Shown in pieces: positions 23,011-38,300 of a stretch of 64,000 nt of DNA (within the stretch, counting starts at the first letter, position 1; each line of letters begins with the position of its first letter). This stretch comes from Phoronis australis (lineage: Eukaryota > Animalia > Phoronida). The stretch spans positions 746,144 through 810,143 of the forward strand of contig NMRA01000046.1 in the NCBI GenBank assembly GCA_002633005.1. Reading direction: 5' to 3'. Position numbers and translations under genes: made by a program. Below the pieces are notes generated by a model. That model did no database searches. It was not told the DNA's origin and saw only the letters and a program-made list of their open reading frames with translations.

Positions 23011-24944
23011 TCCTCTCCTGGAAGCCTTAGACACTTCAGCACCCCTGTGGTAGTTTTTCTATAACAAACAACATTAATGTATTGGCTGATAATACAACAT
23101 CTACATACACATAAGATTGTCCAATAAACTATGTTCTGTATGTTTTACTTAGTATAGTATACCTAGCATATCAGACACTTTCAAGACCAGACAAAATGAC
23201 TAATTACCTGTTTACTGTTAGTTTATTCAAACCAATACTTGATGCATGTTTAACAGAACCATGCAAGCCATATTCCTCAAAGGCTTGCATAAATGCAATA
23301 AGATGAAGATAATTTAATTCCACTGTCTTGATGAAATAATGGGTGAAAAAGTCTGATTCCTACGACCATGTGTAATCAAATCCACCGACTGCTCGGATTG
23401 AATCCATAACATGTGACTGATTATACAATAGAAGTAGAGTGTAAATCCATCACATGTTCTGGAGTAAGGAATGGAAAACCCAAAATAGAGGGGACAATCT
23501 AATAATGGTGAGAAATGTGTATTCAAATGGCAAGTAAGTTGGTAATGACAAACAATGGCAAATCCAAAATGCCACGAGGGATTGTACAAGATATATTGTA
23601 CCTTAGACATGGTCATGCTGTGACAAATAGATGTATCAACTCTCGTTCATTTATTGCATACTAGTACTAGCAGGATACATGAAAATCTCATTTACAAAGT
23701 CAAGATTTTGTCATTTCCAAAAGTGTTCAATTGTTGGTCCTATTCACTGCTTTGTCATGAATATAGTAGCGTGAAGCTGGCACAATTAAAATTTCAACAC
23801 AAAACTATATAATTATGAAAGAAATAATTCCATGCACTGACAATGGTAGACAGTAACAATAAAATAATACATAAAATTGTTAATAAATAATTATACAAAA
23901 CCGGAATGATAACACAATACAAATACTAGTAATCATGGATCGTATACAGATATAAAAGGATCTATCCCAGAGAAGCTATTTAAATGTTTCAACAGTACCA
24001 AATGCACAAAAATTGATGAGAGCTTAAGAGATTTACAGAACATTTGGGAAAGAAATATAAACAAACGACACATGAACACTAAGAGTTATTACAAGTTGCA
24101 CTATAGAACACCGGGCACAATATGCATTTGCATAACAAGACAAGCAAGACGTAATTGTTCTAAGTTACTAAAAGGCAAGAACAAGGTTGAATTGTCAAAA
24201 TTGTGTCCCAGTATTACATTTGGAATAATATTGACTGCATGTAAGATAGGCCTGAATCAGGGCTAAAGGTTTAGAGCAGGGGTGTCCAAAAGCAACCCAC
24301 AATGTAATTGTTAAATGGGTTTCATACCTGCAAGTACACCTCATAAACTTAACTTGTATTTTGCAAAACTAATAAAGCAAACTGAATGAAAAAACGCACA
24401 ATCTATTAAGACTGAAATTAAACTTTTCTCTTTCAAGTTTGGTTGGAAGCGTCGTTTGCACCTGCGGCAACTAACCAGTCACAATATTTTCTAAAAAATT
24501 AAAAACTCGAGACCTCGGATTCCGAAAAACTTCCAAACCCTTATTAGAGTGAAACAATTGCCTTAAGTATAAGTTATCACCTTTTAGTGAAACCGGCCCC
24601 TACAGCAGGTATTATAATTGGTTTCATAATTTTATTGGAGCTTGTACAAGGCCAGCATTATCCAAACGTAACAAGGTATAAGAAATCTACCTAGGGAAAT
24701 AAGCCATCAAAATTGATTAGGTTCTACAATTTTGTCAACAGGCCAGAGGAAATGAAAACTAGAGTCAAAATTATACAAAGCAGTGACATAATTTTGTGGT
24801 GTTTTTTTTTCTAAGTCAACCTTGGTATTGGTCTTACAATTTGGAAAAATGAATGAAAAGTGTAAATTTTAACACGTTTTATTTAGATATTTGTAAGCTT
24901 TTAAAAAGTCTAATTAAAAAGGTCAAGCACTTATTTCAGAACTA

Positions 24945-25380
24945 ATTTATTCCCAGTGGGCTGGATGTTGAGACCCGCTTGCACACATAATACCACTATT
25001 TATGGTTGATGGGCTTAATGTTCACACTGACTTGCAAATATCCCATTATTTACATTGAGTTGGTATTCAGACTGACTTGCAAACATTATCCCTTTATTTA
25101 TGCTCCATGGGCTGTTCATTCAGACAAATGAGCTATACCTGGTATAGTTCATTGTTTAGCCTGAAGTGCAAACATTATACCCTGATGTCCTATGGGCTCC
25201 CTGTTCAGATTGACTTGCAAACATTATCCTTTCATCTATGCCCCACAACATTAGTGTTTAGAATGACTAGCAAACATTATGCCCCATTGACTTGGTGCTC
25301 AGACTGACTAGCAAACATTATCCCTGGAGTTATGCCCCATGGGCTCAGTGTTTAAATTGACTTGAACACATTATCACTTT
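24945..25380. repeat. Degenerate ~41-53-bp tandem repeat downstream of the ASAP stop codon
   Basis: Recurring gactWgcaaacattatccc...atgggct...gttcagact motifs (~25029, 25074, 25163, 25212, 25265, 25306, 25359). Confidence 0.7.
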
Positions 25381-26267
25381 AATTCAACTTACATACATAG
25401 GCTTTGGGAATAAAGAAGAATTTTCTGGTCTGAGTCCAATAACCACACATCAGATGAGCCAGCTATCCTTGGGTCAAAATTACAACACCATTTCTCCTTT
25501 TGAACGCATCACTGTAAAAGCTAAATGAATGTCTTAAGCAGACATGTGTTTTTATATTGAAAACATAGTTGGTTAATTTCATTCTCTGCTTTTCTCAAAA
25601 ATTTGTGGCTCTAAAGACGGTTATTGTCCAAAATTCTGATAAAGCAAGTAAAAGAATCACCTACACTACATCTGTTATATCAACTAATTTGTAACAGAAC
25701 ACACAACATAGCATTGAAAACTAATAGGTCGTTTTATAGCGATTGGTGCAACTCTTGGTATGATTTTCCCCTTCATGGCCTGCGGCAGAAAACATTTGGA
25801 CACCCCTGATATAGTACATTTTGTAAGGACTGGAAATCAATATCTTGATAAGGCTTTAACATCCTAAGTTTGTTCCCATTCAAAGGTTTTGCCAAGTTGC
25901 ATTAAAACTCAAGATATACATTTTAGATTAAAATGAATTAGTCTAATTGGCTTGTGATATAAAATGGTACATGAGAATTGTAACTGAGACTGGTCCTTGA
26001 GTTTGCCACATGACAAAGTATCAACAATAACCTCAGTCAGCAGCCAAGAACCACATTGTGAGACAGATAGAATATTTCTGTATAACAAACTAGTTAGTTG
26101 GTTAGAATATTAACATTTGATGTGGCGCCAGTGTTGTAAATGTAATAGACACTTCAAGTCTGTGCTACTTATCATTACAAGACATGCATAAGAAACTAGT
26201 GTTGTGTTTTATACATTGCCATAGTAGGAAGCTTTTTCAGCTTCACTCCAAGCCATTCATGATCCAG

Positions 26268-26342
26268 TTAATCCGTCAACATGTGGACAAAGCTGATTGG
26301 AAAGAGACCCTTTCTTTCAGGACAGCTTTCAATTTCTCCTTT
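26268..26342 (-). CDS. ASAP: ASAP exon 23 (SH3 end, stop)
   Basis: [24 protein letters not shown]; acceptor ctttgcag. Confidence 0.95.
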   Translation of the reverse strand, partial: KGEIESCPERKGLFPISFVHMLTD

Positions 26343-29300
26343 CTGCAAAGAGCACCAAGACCTCTATCAAAGACAGGAAGACAATCTTAACAGGCAGCCA
26401 CAGTGGTAGCAAAGACACTTGTCACAAACAATAGCCATTGTTAGCCCGTGTTGTCAAAGTTTTTTTAAGAAAGTCAATAATTGTCCCATGTGATCATGTA
26501 TTTATCAATATTTTCAGGTTGATGCGAATATGTAAGGACCAGTCAAATAACTACATTAATAACTTGATATCCTGTCCTTTGTAATCATAAAATACCAAAA
26601 ACTATTAAAGTTAGGCTATCAAGCACATCAGAAAATGGATGCAGGACATTTCTCATTATTCAGACACTTGATTTATTAACTGTTGGGGTTACATTTACAA
26701 ACTGTGTCTTTTTAGTAATGCATAACATTTAATGAACTTTAAAATAACACACGGAAGCTTACAATATAGGATTATAAAAACCCCGATGAATTTATCCAAA
26801 TTTTTGGACTTATAAGAACAGTTCAAATTTGGTTGAGAAAATCAGATACCTAAGCTCATTACAAGATTGGAAAATGTGCAACTTTCAAATAAAATGAGAA
26901 CATTGGTATCAGCAGAAAATAAAGAAATGCAAGTTGGAAAGACAGAAGTTTGTTTTTCTGGTGCTAAGAACTGCAGGGTATGAGTGAACTTATAGTTTTT
27001 GTGATCTCAGAGGCGCATGCATGCGTTATTATATTTGTGCTCGGAACAACAATCACAAAATCATTGTTGCAAAAGTGCACTAAAACTCAAAACTCTGACT
27101 TAACAACTGAAAATTTAAAGTTCAAAAACTGCTTAAATTTATAAAGTGACAGTCAATAAGCCAATAGATGCACAAATAAAGTGACAGCCAATAAGCCAAT
27201 AGATGGACAAGAAGAAAGTCTACTAACCCACCAATCCTCTTCTTCACAGCTTATTACAACAATAATCTCCCCTTCTTCAAAGGAGAGTTCATCTTCATTA
27301 TCTGCATGGCAAGTATACAATGCACGACAGCGGCGTTTCCTGGCAACACTTTTCCTCTGAAAATACATTACGAGCTTAATGTGGGCAACCTCCACCTGTA
27401 CCTAAGACACAACTAGGAAAATGGGATGCATAGAATATGAGTATTTCCAAAACATTGCCTAATGGCAGCTGTGGCACACAACTTGAATAAAGCCTTTGAT
27501 TGGTCCTACTGTTCTTTAATGAAAAAATATGAAAATGAAATTTCACTTGCCACTCCTATATTGTCCTAAATTGATGAGACTTTACCGTATATCACCTACT
27601 CCTAAATTGATGAGACTTTACCGTATATCACCTACTCCTAAATTGATGAGACTTTACCGTATATCACCTACTTCTAAATTGATGAGACTTTACAGTATAT
27701 CACCTACTTCTAAATTGATGAGACTTTACAGTATATCACCTACTTCTAAATTGATGAGACTTTACAGTATATCACCTACTCCTAAATTGATGAGACTTTA
27801 CCGTATATCACCTACTCCTAAATTGATGAGACTTTACAGTATATCACCTACTTCTAAATTGATGAGACTTTACAGTATATCACCTACTCCTAAACTGATG
27901 AGACTTTACAGTATATCACCTACTTCTAAATTGATGAGACTTTACAGTATATCACCTACTCCTAAATTAAGAAAAAATGAGACGAGACCAATGCTCATGA
28001 AATTAAATTCACACAATGGTTTGCAATGTGTAGTATAGTAACTGGTGAGGAACAAGATATATATTTATCTATAAGTTGATAACGCACAAATGAGCCAAGG
28101 GACCAATGCATAAAATATGCAAATCATGCAGTTTTTAAGGTAACAATGTTATGCGGGTCACTTGAAAATAGTCAGAGTCTGCCACTGGGTCTAAAGCTTG
28201 GTACCGTCTGTGCTAGTAATAAAATAGGAAAATATTTCAGAAATTACAAAATATTCTGCCAGTTTCAATTTACTTTCAAAACATGCCAGCAAACTTTTCA
28301 AAGTCATTCCCAGAACTCTAAATCAAAAAGATGTAAAAGCTGTTTTAGCCTACATCTCTGAAATCTTTGATACAAAATAAAATGCTCTGTACTCTCAAAA
28401 CCTCAAACAAGTTGGCAAACTGCATAGTAAGTTTGATAAATCAGCAAGAGTGAATTGACAGCTGTGTGAAAAAAACACCCACCTCAGAATACATTTTTGA
28501 GACACAATGAGAAAGTGCTTTAGCAAAAAAAATTTCATCTCTCAGGGTAAGCACTACCGTAATCATACCACAGTGGGTGACAGAACCAGGTTTCGGTAAA
28601 ATGACGGTATCATGGTTTGGTATGAGAAGCATATAACTGTCTACGACCCAAAAGGTACTCACTTTTGTGCGTGGTGTGGGTACCGGTAGTCCATCAGTAG
28701 AGTCACTAGGTCCATTAGTCTTACCATTCAATACAGAGTCATCCAGATCTAGACTGGAACCCTTCGATAAGCGAGGTGAAGGCTGGGGTTTGTCTGAGCT
28801 TTTGTTTCTGAACTGCTGGGGAGGGGGTAGCACCAGCTTTGGGTCTGAAACAGATTAGCAATGTCAGTGTGTAGTGTTAACACAGGTAAGGAAGAGCAAA
28901 GTCACCCTGACTACGCTGACTAATCCTGAAGAATGCAGAACCAGCAATATAAATTGTTGAAAGCATGGACATTTTGAAGTGTGTTGAAACATAGGTATTT
29001 TCAATGGCATATAAACAATACTATAATTTATCAACAAGGACAAGTGGGTCCCATAAGGCTACTGCATTCAGGTCTTCACTAGATTATGAACAATTCTACA
29101 AGACTTTTGCATTTTCCACCAAAGCCATATTAGTCAAACTTAAACTAAATGTAATCTGTTGTCTAAGTAGTAAACTAATGGCCTTATTTTGTCAAAACAC
29201 AATGGTTTTCAGATCTATTTAGTCAATGATTTATCTGCACTTAAACCAAGTTTACAATAACAAACCTGGATTTGCAGGCCCTTTGTTCACACAATCTCTC

Positions 29301-32300
29301 TTCTTCTCTGGAAGTGGAGGTGGATCAGATGGCAGTCTCTCTCGACTAATGGTTGGACTGGGATTGTCAAGCTGGGTGTGGCTAGGTGGGGGAGGAGGAG
29401 CTGGTTTCTTCTTAAAGCTGCCTGAACTTGTAATGCCTGCAGGGAGAGCGTATAGTGATTGATACTTGGAGGAAAAAGGGGGAGGGCTCTTAGCCATGCT
29501 TGGTAGAGTCCTAGCATAGACGCGTGACCTTGGTGAGGATTGCCCACCAGCAGTTGTCAGTGAAATGAACGGTGGAGATTTAGGAAAATGTGAGTTTGGG
29601 CTGGAGACAGAAACAGTGCTGGGGGGAGACTTAGCAGATAAGTATAGAGTGTGGGAAAGTGGTGAAGGGATGTGACGAGGTCCTATCAGGCAATGAAAAG
29701 AAATTGGTTATTTATGGCCAGCATTACATACAATTATTATAAAGCACAAAACACTAACTACAGTAATAAAGACATGTGGTGGTCACATGTTACACATTCA
29801 AAAGCATGCAAACGTGACTTGTGCACAGGGACAGCATTGTGGTTTTTTCAACAACAGTTTAACAGAGCCACTAGGGGAACAGTGAAAAGAAAGGTTACGC
29901 TCGGTAAACAAGATGACAAAAATACTTAATTAACAATAATGCGTGTAAATCAACATCTCTACATGTACAAAACAAAACAACACTGTTCAAACAACAGTTC
30001 ACAGCAAGCACATAAAGCAAGAGAAATGACAAGTAAGCAAGACTTAATAATCAAATGAAAATCTGTTGTTTAAACATGTGACCTGCCTCACCTTTAGGTT
30101 TGTTTTGTGGAGGGGGCGGAGGTGGCGGCATCCTGTCTTTATCTAGCTGGACACGGTCACTGACCACTTGACCATCCTTCAACACAACATAGTCTCCACT
30201 GGACAGCCTATGGTGTTCAAGAACCGAGGCACCAGACACTAGACTTCCAGGGCGAGACCGAACCTTCCTATCTGGAGTCTACAAGAGAAACGAGCACAGA
30301 CGTCTGGTGAACATAGAACTTTTCAGAGTGTCAGCTCAAATTCATAGATATGATGCTACCACTACCAAGACTGTACAAGTTGTAAAGTAAAAATTAGGAA
30401 TACTTGAACAAAATAAAAAAGAGAGAGAATTTTTAAAACTAACTACTGTTGTTTGAATAAGATTGGGTAAGCCTACTTTCACAAATTCTTAGAGTTTGTT
30501 TCTAAGTAGCGTTTCTAATATGAGTGCCTGAGTGAAGTGACCTCTTGACCACAGCAAGGAAACATAGAACACAGAACAAGAACAGGTAGGACTAAGTAGG
30601 CACAGTTGACAAAATGACCAAGTAACACTTTAGACAACAAGCAAGACTCTAACATTACATGTAAAGTTTACACCTCACATGCTGCACAAAAAGCTCATCT
30701 CAGCTATAGTCTTGACCTATGCCTTTCAAATGGTGTTACTAGAAACAAGCTCTATCTCAGCTATAGTCTTGACCTATGCCTTTCAAATGGTGTTACTAGA
30801 AACAAGCTCTATCTCAGCTATAGTCTTGACCTATGCCTTTCAAATAGTGTTATTAGAAATCATCAGAAGACAGATGGCCATTATTTACTAACTGTATAAT
30901 TCTTATTGCTGCAAATAGACTAATCATAACGAACAAATTCAACTATTAGCCAATTGGTAAATACATGATGGTGGAGGAAATGATCATTGTCAGTGAACTA
31001 GCAACAACGGAGACAAAACAGAATCATAATTTGAGTTCAATTGTCTTGTTGTTTACCAACTGAAGAGATTGTCACCCTTACCCTTTCGTCCAACTCATCA
31101 TCACTGTAGTCCACAAGGTCATACATTGGGTCATCCTGAAAGTAATACACATAACATAAAACTTTATCCCAAGTGTTGTACTAATTCAGCATAGTCAATA
31201 CTAATACCTTCATTAATACGTTGATTATCCTGTACATATTAATGTCACCAGACACATGTAGACTGAACAGATGGCAATGAGATGACTGTGAACTTTTAGT
31301 AGAAACAAAACTAATAAATAATCACACCACAACTGAACTTTGACCTAATAAACATGCACTTTGTGAGTACAGAAGCTGCACCCTAGAAACTATATGGAAA
31401 GTAAAGGTATTACGGATTCATACTGCAAAGTTCAAGTTGTGCTGTGTCACCAGACTATTTTTCAAATCTACTGCTTTCTTCCAATTGCCACTGCATCATG
31501 CTTACTAACAGGAAGTACCCCTGGTGCACAGGAAGGACCCCTGGTGCACAACTTACCACTAAAGGCCACATGCTGACTTGGCGAATCAGTATTACATACC
31601 AATCAGTACTGCCCAGCCTTCGTTGAGAAATGCTCTGTTATTTGTAGTATTCTAATTAGCAAACAAGACTTGACTAAAATAAATTGATGGGCAATAAAAC
31701 TCATTTAAGAAAGATATAGATATTATACCAAACAGTTATTAAAAAGGTGACCTTTTTAAAATATGTTCGTTTTGCCTCATCCTTTCCTCTCTTCTCCAAC
31801 TTGAGTGCATCAGGAGGTAACTGTTGTTTCCACTTCTCATGGTCTGAGCCTGCTCTGTTTTGTTATTTGTAATGGTTTTACATTACTGAAAACAATTCTT
31901 TGTCATACCACTCGGACACGACATACGGTATTTACTCAAGGGAAATGGGACATAATGTTAACTGAGGTCCAAGCTACATTTTTGTACTTACAGATCCCAG
32001 ACCCCAATCTGTGTTGACGTTCTCAAATAACTCTGTTTTGCCATCAATTGCATGGAGAAGCTGCAAATAATACTGTTTACACTGAGCCCAAGTGTTGGCA
32101 AGTCTTAAGCATTAGTCTACAATGAGCAGGCTAAGAAACTTTTGCAAAATAAGCTGTAAGGTCAAGTAAAACCAAGACCATGTTAGTGCGGGTACGTTTA
32201 GCTACACATCCTTTGAAAATTGAGATAAGTTCATATTTCATGGGATCACAGTTGATGACTACATTATAGTTTTAATTTAAGCAGACAATGCACATTTGCA

Positions 32301-35300
32301 TTATTACTATTGTTTGAACAAAAAGTTCAATTTTGTAGTTAAAAGTCATAAAAATATCTTATTTCCATATTTAGTCGTATCTTTCTATAGCACCCTGTTT
32401 AAGGTTATGTAGGAGCTTATCAACAACTCTTTGTCATTAAATAGACAAAAATCAAGAAAACTTAAGATTTTAACTCACAGAATTTGATTATTAACTTTAT
32501 ACCAACCAGCCAATAATTGGGTAACTTGGCCATTATTTTTTGATAAAATGTAGTAAAAGGAAAGGTGCCTTCACAGCAAAACATCGGTGTGAATAAGATG
32601 CCAAACTTCATTTGATAGTAAAGTTCATAATGAAATCTCAAAAATCCTGTGAAGCTTTCTACACAATCATTTCATTTTGCTGCTGTTCAAATTTTGAGTT
32701 TTCCACCAAAATCATAGAAGCCCTATTTTTATGGCATCTCATTCAAAAGTGCATAAAGCATGCTATGTGAAAGTTTCATATGAATGCGATCAGCCATTTT
32801 TGAGATATGACATTCCAGAGTTAGCCAAGTTTGGACACATTTTGAGCAAGTGTCATTACATGCTACAGAGTGTCATTATTTTCTGCAGAGTGTCATTATT
32901 TGCTGCAGAACGTCATTATTTGCTGCAAGAAAGTCATTATTTGCTGCAGAGCCATCTTAAGAATGGAGCACACAAACTTACACAACAGTAAGGTATCAAG
33001 GATGGCAACAAGACCTGAACTTAAAGGTCTTTTTGAAATGTGATGCTGTGTCCCTGTCAATCAAGCCATTGACCATAATTATAGACATTAATACTATTGC
33101 CTCATAAAGAACACTTCCATAATTATTGACTTCTCTCATCATGTGGATAACTTTTATTCTATTTTCATGATATGCCCACACTGGCGGTTAAGCCCTCCCC
33201 TGGTGAGATTTGTCACAATGCCCGACAGGATGCACTTGAAAGGTACGTGAGATTCCTCTTTTGAGCTGCTTCGTTAGTTTTCAAGTAACACATGGTAGTG
33301 CAAATCCTGCCTTTGACTCACCAAGTCGGAGCAGATCTGGTGCCCTAGCTCAGCAGCAACGTGTTGCGCTGTCCTTCCCTCGTCATTCTCCAACAGAGCC
33401 ATACCAGGACGTGTCCTCAGGATTAGCTTCATACACTCACTCTGGTTATACAGGGCACACCAGTGTAGGGCCGTGTCACCATGTCGTGTGGTGTTTTCCA
33501 GGTCTTTCCTATACAAGACATTACCAACATGACATGCTGCACAGTGCCACATAGTTTTCACACATTGCCCGTTGAGGGTAACAATTGAGCACAGGCCCAC
33601 AGTGCCGAAGCAAAACTGGACTTTTTCAGAATCGAGATAAAAGGTCCTTCTAGTAATTCTATCTAGTGTTTGAACACAAAACTAGTATGTTTTTCATTGG
33701 TTTACTTTCAGCACAATCAGAGCCATATCTGTCAGCAGTCAGATTCCAAAGTTGGAGTTCCATCATTATATTGCATCTTGTCAACAAAAGATGTTATTCT
33801 GTGCATTTTTCATAACCTAGAAAGAGCACTGCCAACACTCAACAAACATAATGTCCTTAAGAAAATTTTGTATACAAAACAATTACTGCCACATTATATA
33901 GATGTTCATGTAAAGGAAGTTCCTTTTTACAGCACCCAAAGTTTTGATGGCCATATTAACAACTCACCCCTTACTGTTCTGAATAATGAAGTCTGCTATG
34001 TACAGTGAAGAGCCAGTCTCTTGTTTGACCGCCAGGTGGAGTGCTGTTTCACCATCATCCTGTGACATCACATCACATTGTACAAACTTAACAACAACAA
34101 CAATCATTATATTTAGCTACACTGATATATCCTACCAAGCACTTATCTCTCGATTAGTAAATTAATTGGCTAAGTTGCTTTTATTTCAATCAGAAACTGA
34201 TAGACCGACAGCGTTTTTAGCAATTCAAAAAGAAGTTCATACACAAATTAAGGTAATATAACTAAAGTTACATTTTTAATTGTGAAAAATCCTGTTTGAC
34301 AATGCTAGCCTCTACTACCACAAACTAGTTACTGCATAGTACATGAAGTTGACTAGAATGACCACAATAAGACAAAACAGAAATAATAAGATGCCAATAA
34401 CTGGTTCATTTATCACCTTACTCTTGCAACAAACTAATACAAAAAATGTCTAAACATATTGTTAATAGGCTCAAATGCTATATTTCATTTTTGTGTTGTC
34501 TCTTATTTTCAAATGCATTTGCTCTGTCTTTATATATTCAAAAGCACTGAATTAAAAACTTTACACATGTGATGCTTTACAAATAAATTCTTCTAATATT
34601 TTTATCATCAGGGTACACTGACGTGACACTCTAGACATTACATAATGCAAAATAGCCATTGATCCTGAACTAACACCACTCACTGTTTCAGGAAGTGGGT
34701 CCATGAGGTCGAGTCCCTCGCCGTACACTTGGAGTAGTGCAGACAGATCTCTATACATGACTGCTTGCTTAAGGTCCTGCTTCAAGTCATCATGGTTGGT
34801 GCAAGTAACGATGGCATATCTTCGCTTCTCATATTTGGCCCGAATAAAGTTAGTGCGCTCTTCCCTGTAATAGGCAAGGCACATGATAGAACATGCAACT
34901 GTGTTGACTCAACATACATGGTGCTGTGTTCATTTGTAGTAATATCATCTGCACAGTTTTGAGGAACATAACTTATCTCAATCTTCATTTTTGTTGGTGA
35001 ATTCCACAAAACAGAATTTTATTTGTAAGTCACATTGTGAGCTAAATTGGTAAAAAATAGCGGTAGGTCATGTTAAAGCACTGACCAACAAAGTCATGTG
35101 AATCAACCTGCGTTTCATAGCTTTGAGATAATTTATTAATAACTTGAAATCATATATAGCAATAAATTGGGAGGTATTTAGTTGCAAATTCAATGTGTGA
35201 AAAAGTCATCAATTTATATGAAGTGCTTAATATGTCCAAGTGTGGTTAGTAAGCCTGTCACACTCGATATGTCCATGTGTGGTTAGTAAGCCTGTTACAC

Positions 35301-38300
35301 TTAATATGTCCATGTGTGGTTAGTAACCCTGTTACACTTAATATGTCCATGTGTGGTTAGTAAGCCTGTTACACTCAATATGTCCATGTGTGGTTAGTAA
35401 GCCTGTTACACTTAATATGTCCATGTGTGGTTAGTAAGTCTGTTACACCCTTACCTTGAGGCATCACTCGTTGGTTTATATTTAGTGTCAATAGTTGCCT
35501 CCATGATATCGTTAAACCCTTCATTGCTCATTGTTCGGGCAATCTGCAAACACAAACTGTATTACAAAAACTCAGCAACAGTTGTTTTATAAGCAATACC
35601 AGGAATTTGTAAACAAACTCTTTTACTCCATTCTTTTTGAGTTGATTGAGGACAAAGAATACTGCGTTGAATACAAGGACACAAATTTACTCACATCACA
35701 AAGTCAAAGCATGTTAGCTCATGCACTGGCAATAAATAGACATCTATTCATAGACTAAAAACTTATGAGATATTGACACAAAGAGAAAGCACAATTTACC
35801 AATAGTTGAGAAGTACCCATGTCATCAATGACTAGTGATTGTGTACGTGAGATATGGACACCAAGCTCTCTGTGTACTCCACAACATTCCAGACAGATAC
35901 ACACACCAAAGTTGACTGACAACCAGTCGGGATCTGTAACAAACAACCTTGACATTCACTACAACACAAACTTTACAACACATCAACTCTTGGCCCCAGA
36001 ATGACTTTTGTAGGTGTTACATGGACTTCAAGGACAAGGGACCATCACATCATAATTAATGTCCTGAGATAGAGTTCTGCCAGTGCACTGTAAAACTAAA
36101 ACAATTATGTGACAGGAAAAATCCATGAAAATTGTGTTGTAATTATTCTCTATATGCAACATAAGCACAATTACAACTTAAGTACTTCAGTTAGGCTAGA
36201 TCAGACAAATGGCTAAACTCAGAAGTTACATATTAGTTTAATTTAAAAAACAATTACTACTAAGACTACATTAACTACCTGGAGTACCGCAGTCACAGCA
36301 CAAATGGTTTCCTGGCAACTTGCGCACCTCTTGTATGATGGTCACTCGCAGCTCACGTACACTCTGGTTGATACGACTGGAGCCAGGTGCATCACCAAAT
36401 GCCTTCATTAAAACTTGTTCCTTTGCATTATTTAGTATTGATATCCACCTAGAATAATAGGGTTGGATAAATGTCACATGACTAGGTCTGCTAACACAAT
36501 CATTACACAACCACAGTCTGCTCTCTGATTCGTTGAAATGCGCAACCATAACTTCTAATATACCGCAATATTGACAGACTTGGCCATTCATTCATGCCGC
36601 CCAAATGTCAGATGTCTCTATTGGTGACCTGAACAATCACACGAGGTAGAAACCATAATGCTTGACCACAAAGCCAGTAGGCGATATTAGTACATCTAAT
36701 GCATCTAATAAGAGACAAAAAGAAGTAGCAGTGGTCATGTAATAACACAAATATTGACCAATTCCTTGAGTGTATCACCCTTGGGATCAGTCCATAATTG
36801 TACAATTTTCTATCCATCGTATTATGTGTGCTTGTAGTGCAATTTAGCCAAAAATGTTCCCAACCACAATTTTTTTTTTGCCATGAAGTATCACGTTTTA
36901 ACAACACAGTTGTGGAGACAAATTGAATGTGACTTAACTACCCCCCACCTGGTACAAGAGCAGGTATGAGAGCATGCAATCATTGTGTATCACCAAAAGA
37001 GGAATTTTTGTATTTTGTAATAGCCATGTATTCCGTGATAAAAGACCCGCAACATTTCAGCACAAAAGATGCTTAAATCACTGAATCCTGAAACAGAACA
37101 CCACATGTATGTGACACTAGTGCCAGTTGACTCACTGTATTAAGTCCTGTTCATCTTCTGCCTGGAAGTGATATGTTCTCTTCTGTGAACTCGAGATGAG
37201 GTCAAAGCACTTTTTGGTGGGGTCATCAGGAACGAGCTAAAAAATACCAATAAATATGATTAAAGGAAATATCAAAAAATCATCTCACATTCATATATTT
37301 TAATTCTAAGTAATTTTTCCATATACAAATAGCAACTCAGTTTACCTCTGCCAGAATCACAACAGGATAACAATGGGTGATGCCAATCCTTCAGGATGCA
37401 GTAAATTACAAGTTATCCAATGTGTTAATTGAGCCCTAGCGATCCCATATCTTTGCACTGACACAGTATATAGACTTCCACAACACTGCTGACCCAAACA
37501 CCCTTCAAACATGCATTGTGGGATCAACATGCAGTGACTAGACATACCTTAGCTTGACATGTAAGTAAGTTTAATCGAACTGGCTCCTTGGATTCCTAAA
37601 AAGCAAATAAATCTTGCGTCATCTACTGCAATGCAAAACACACAAAAGCACATATTACACAAAAGACGATCTAATAGCCAAATGAGCAGAGATCTTGGAT
37701 AAAAGGTCTTAAAAAGAAATCTCATACATGCTTTTAGTTAATAGAAGGATTCAATAGAAAGTAAAAGCTTTGTGAGAAAATGCTCACATTTGTGGAAGAC
37801 CATGTTACATTTATTTCAGAAAAAAAATTGTCAAGAAATTATTTTCATGAAGATAATTTCTTTCCTATAGACAAGAATTTAAAAGACATGAGGTTCCATG
37901 GGTTGAAAAGAACCATTTAAAATCGTGTTTAAAGACATATGACTGTCTTACGAAGATAGGCAGTTCTAAGTCCAACTACTGACCGACTTACATCAGAATG
38001 GCTAATGGACATACACCCATCCCCTATAACACAGCGTCTCTTCAGCCACATTTTCTTCAGTTTGCCCTCACTCTTCTTCAACAAGTAGCCCACCTTCTCT
38101 GACCCTTGTACATTAGCTTTCTGAATCTCTTCTGCATTGAGGTTTGTACACACACTTGCTGGCTACAGACAAGGGGAAGTAGGGACATGTATACAAAGAG
38201 CTTCCCTTGCGTTGGACTGAGCTACACAACATGAATAACAGAAACCCAATCACAACACAAAAACTACCAGACCTACAACTATCCAGTCTAAATTTTATTA

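Noticed and set aside
27529-28038. 169-aa ORF with 12-aa repeats
   Set aside because: Antisense reading of a 36-bp intronic minisatellite
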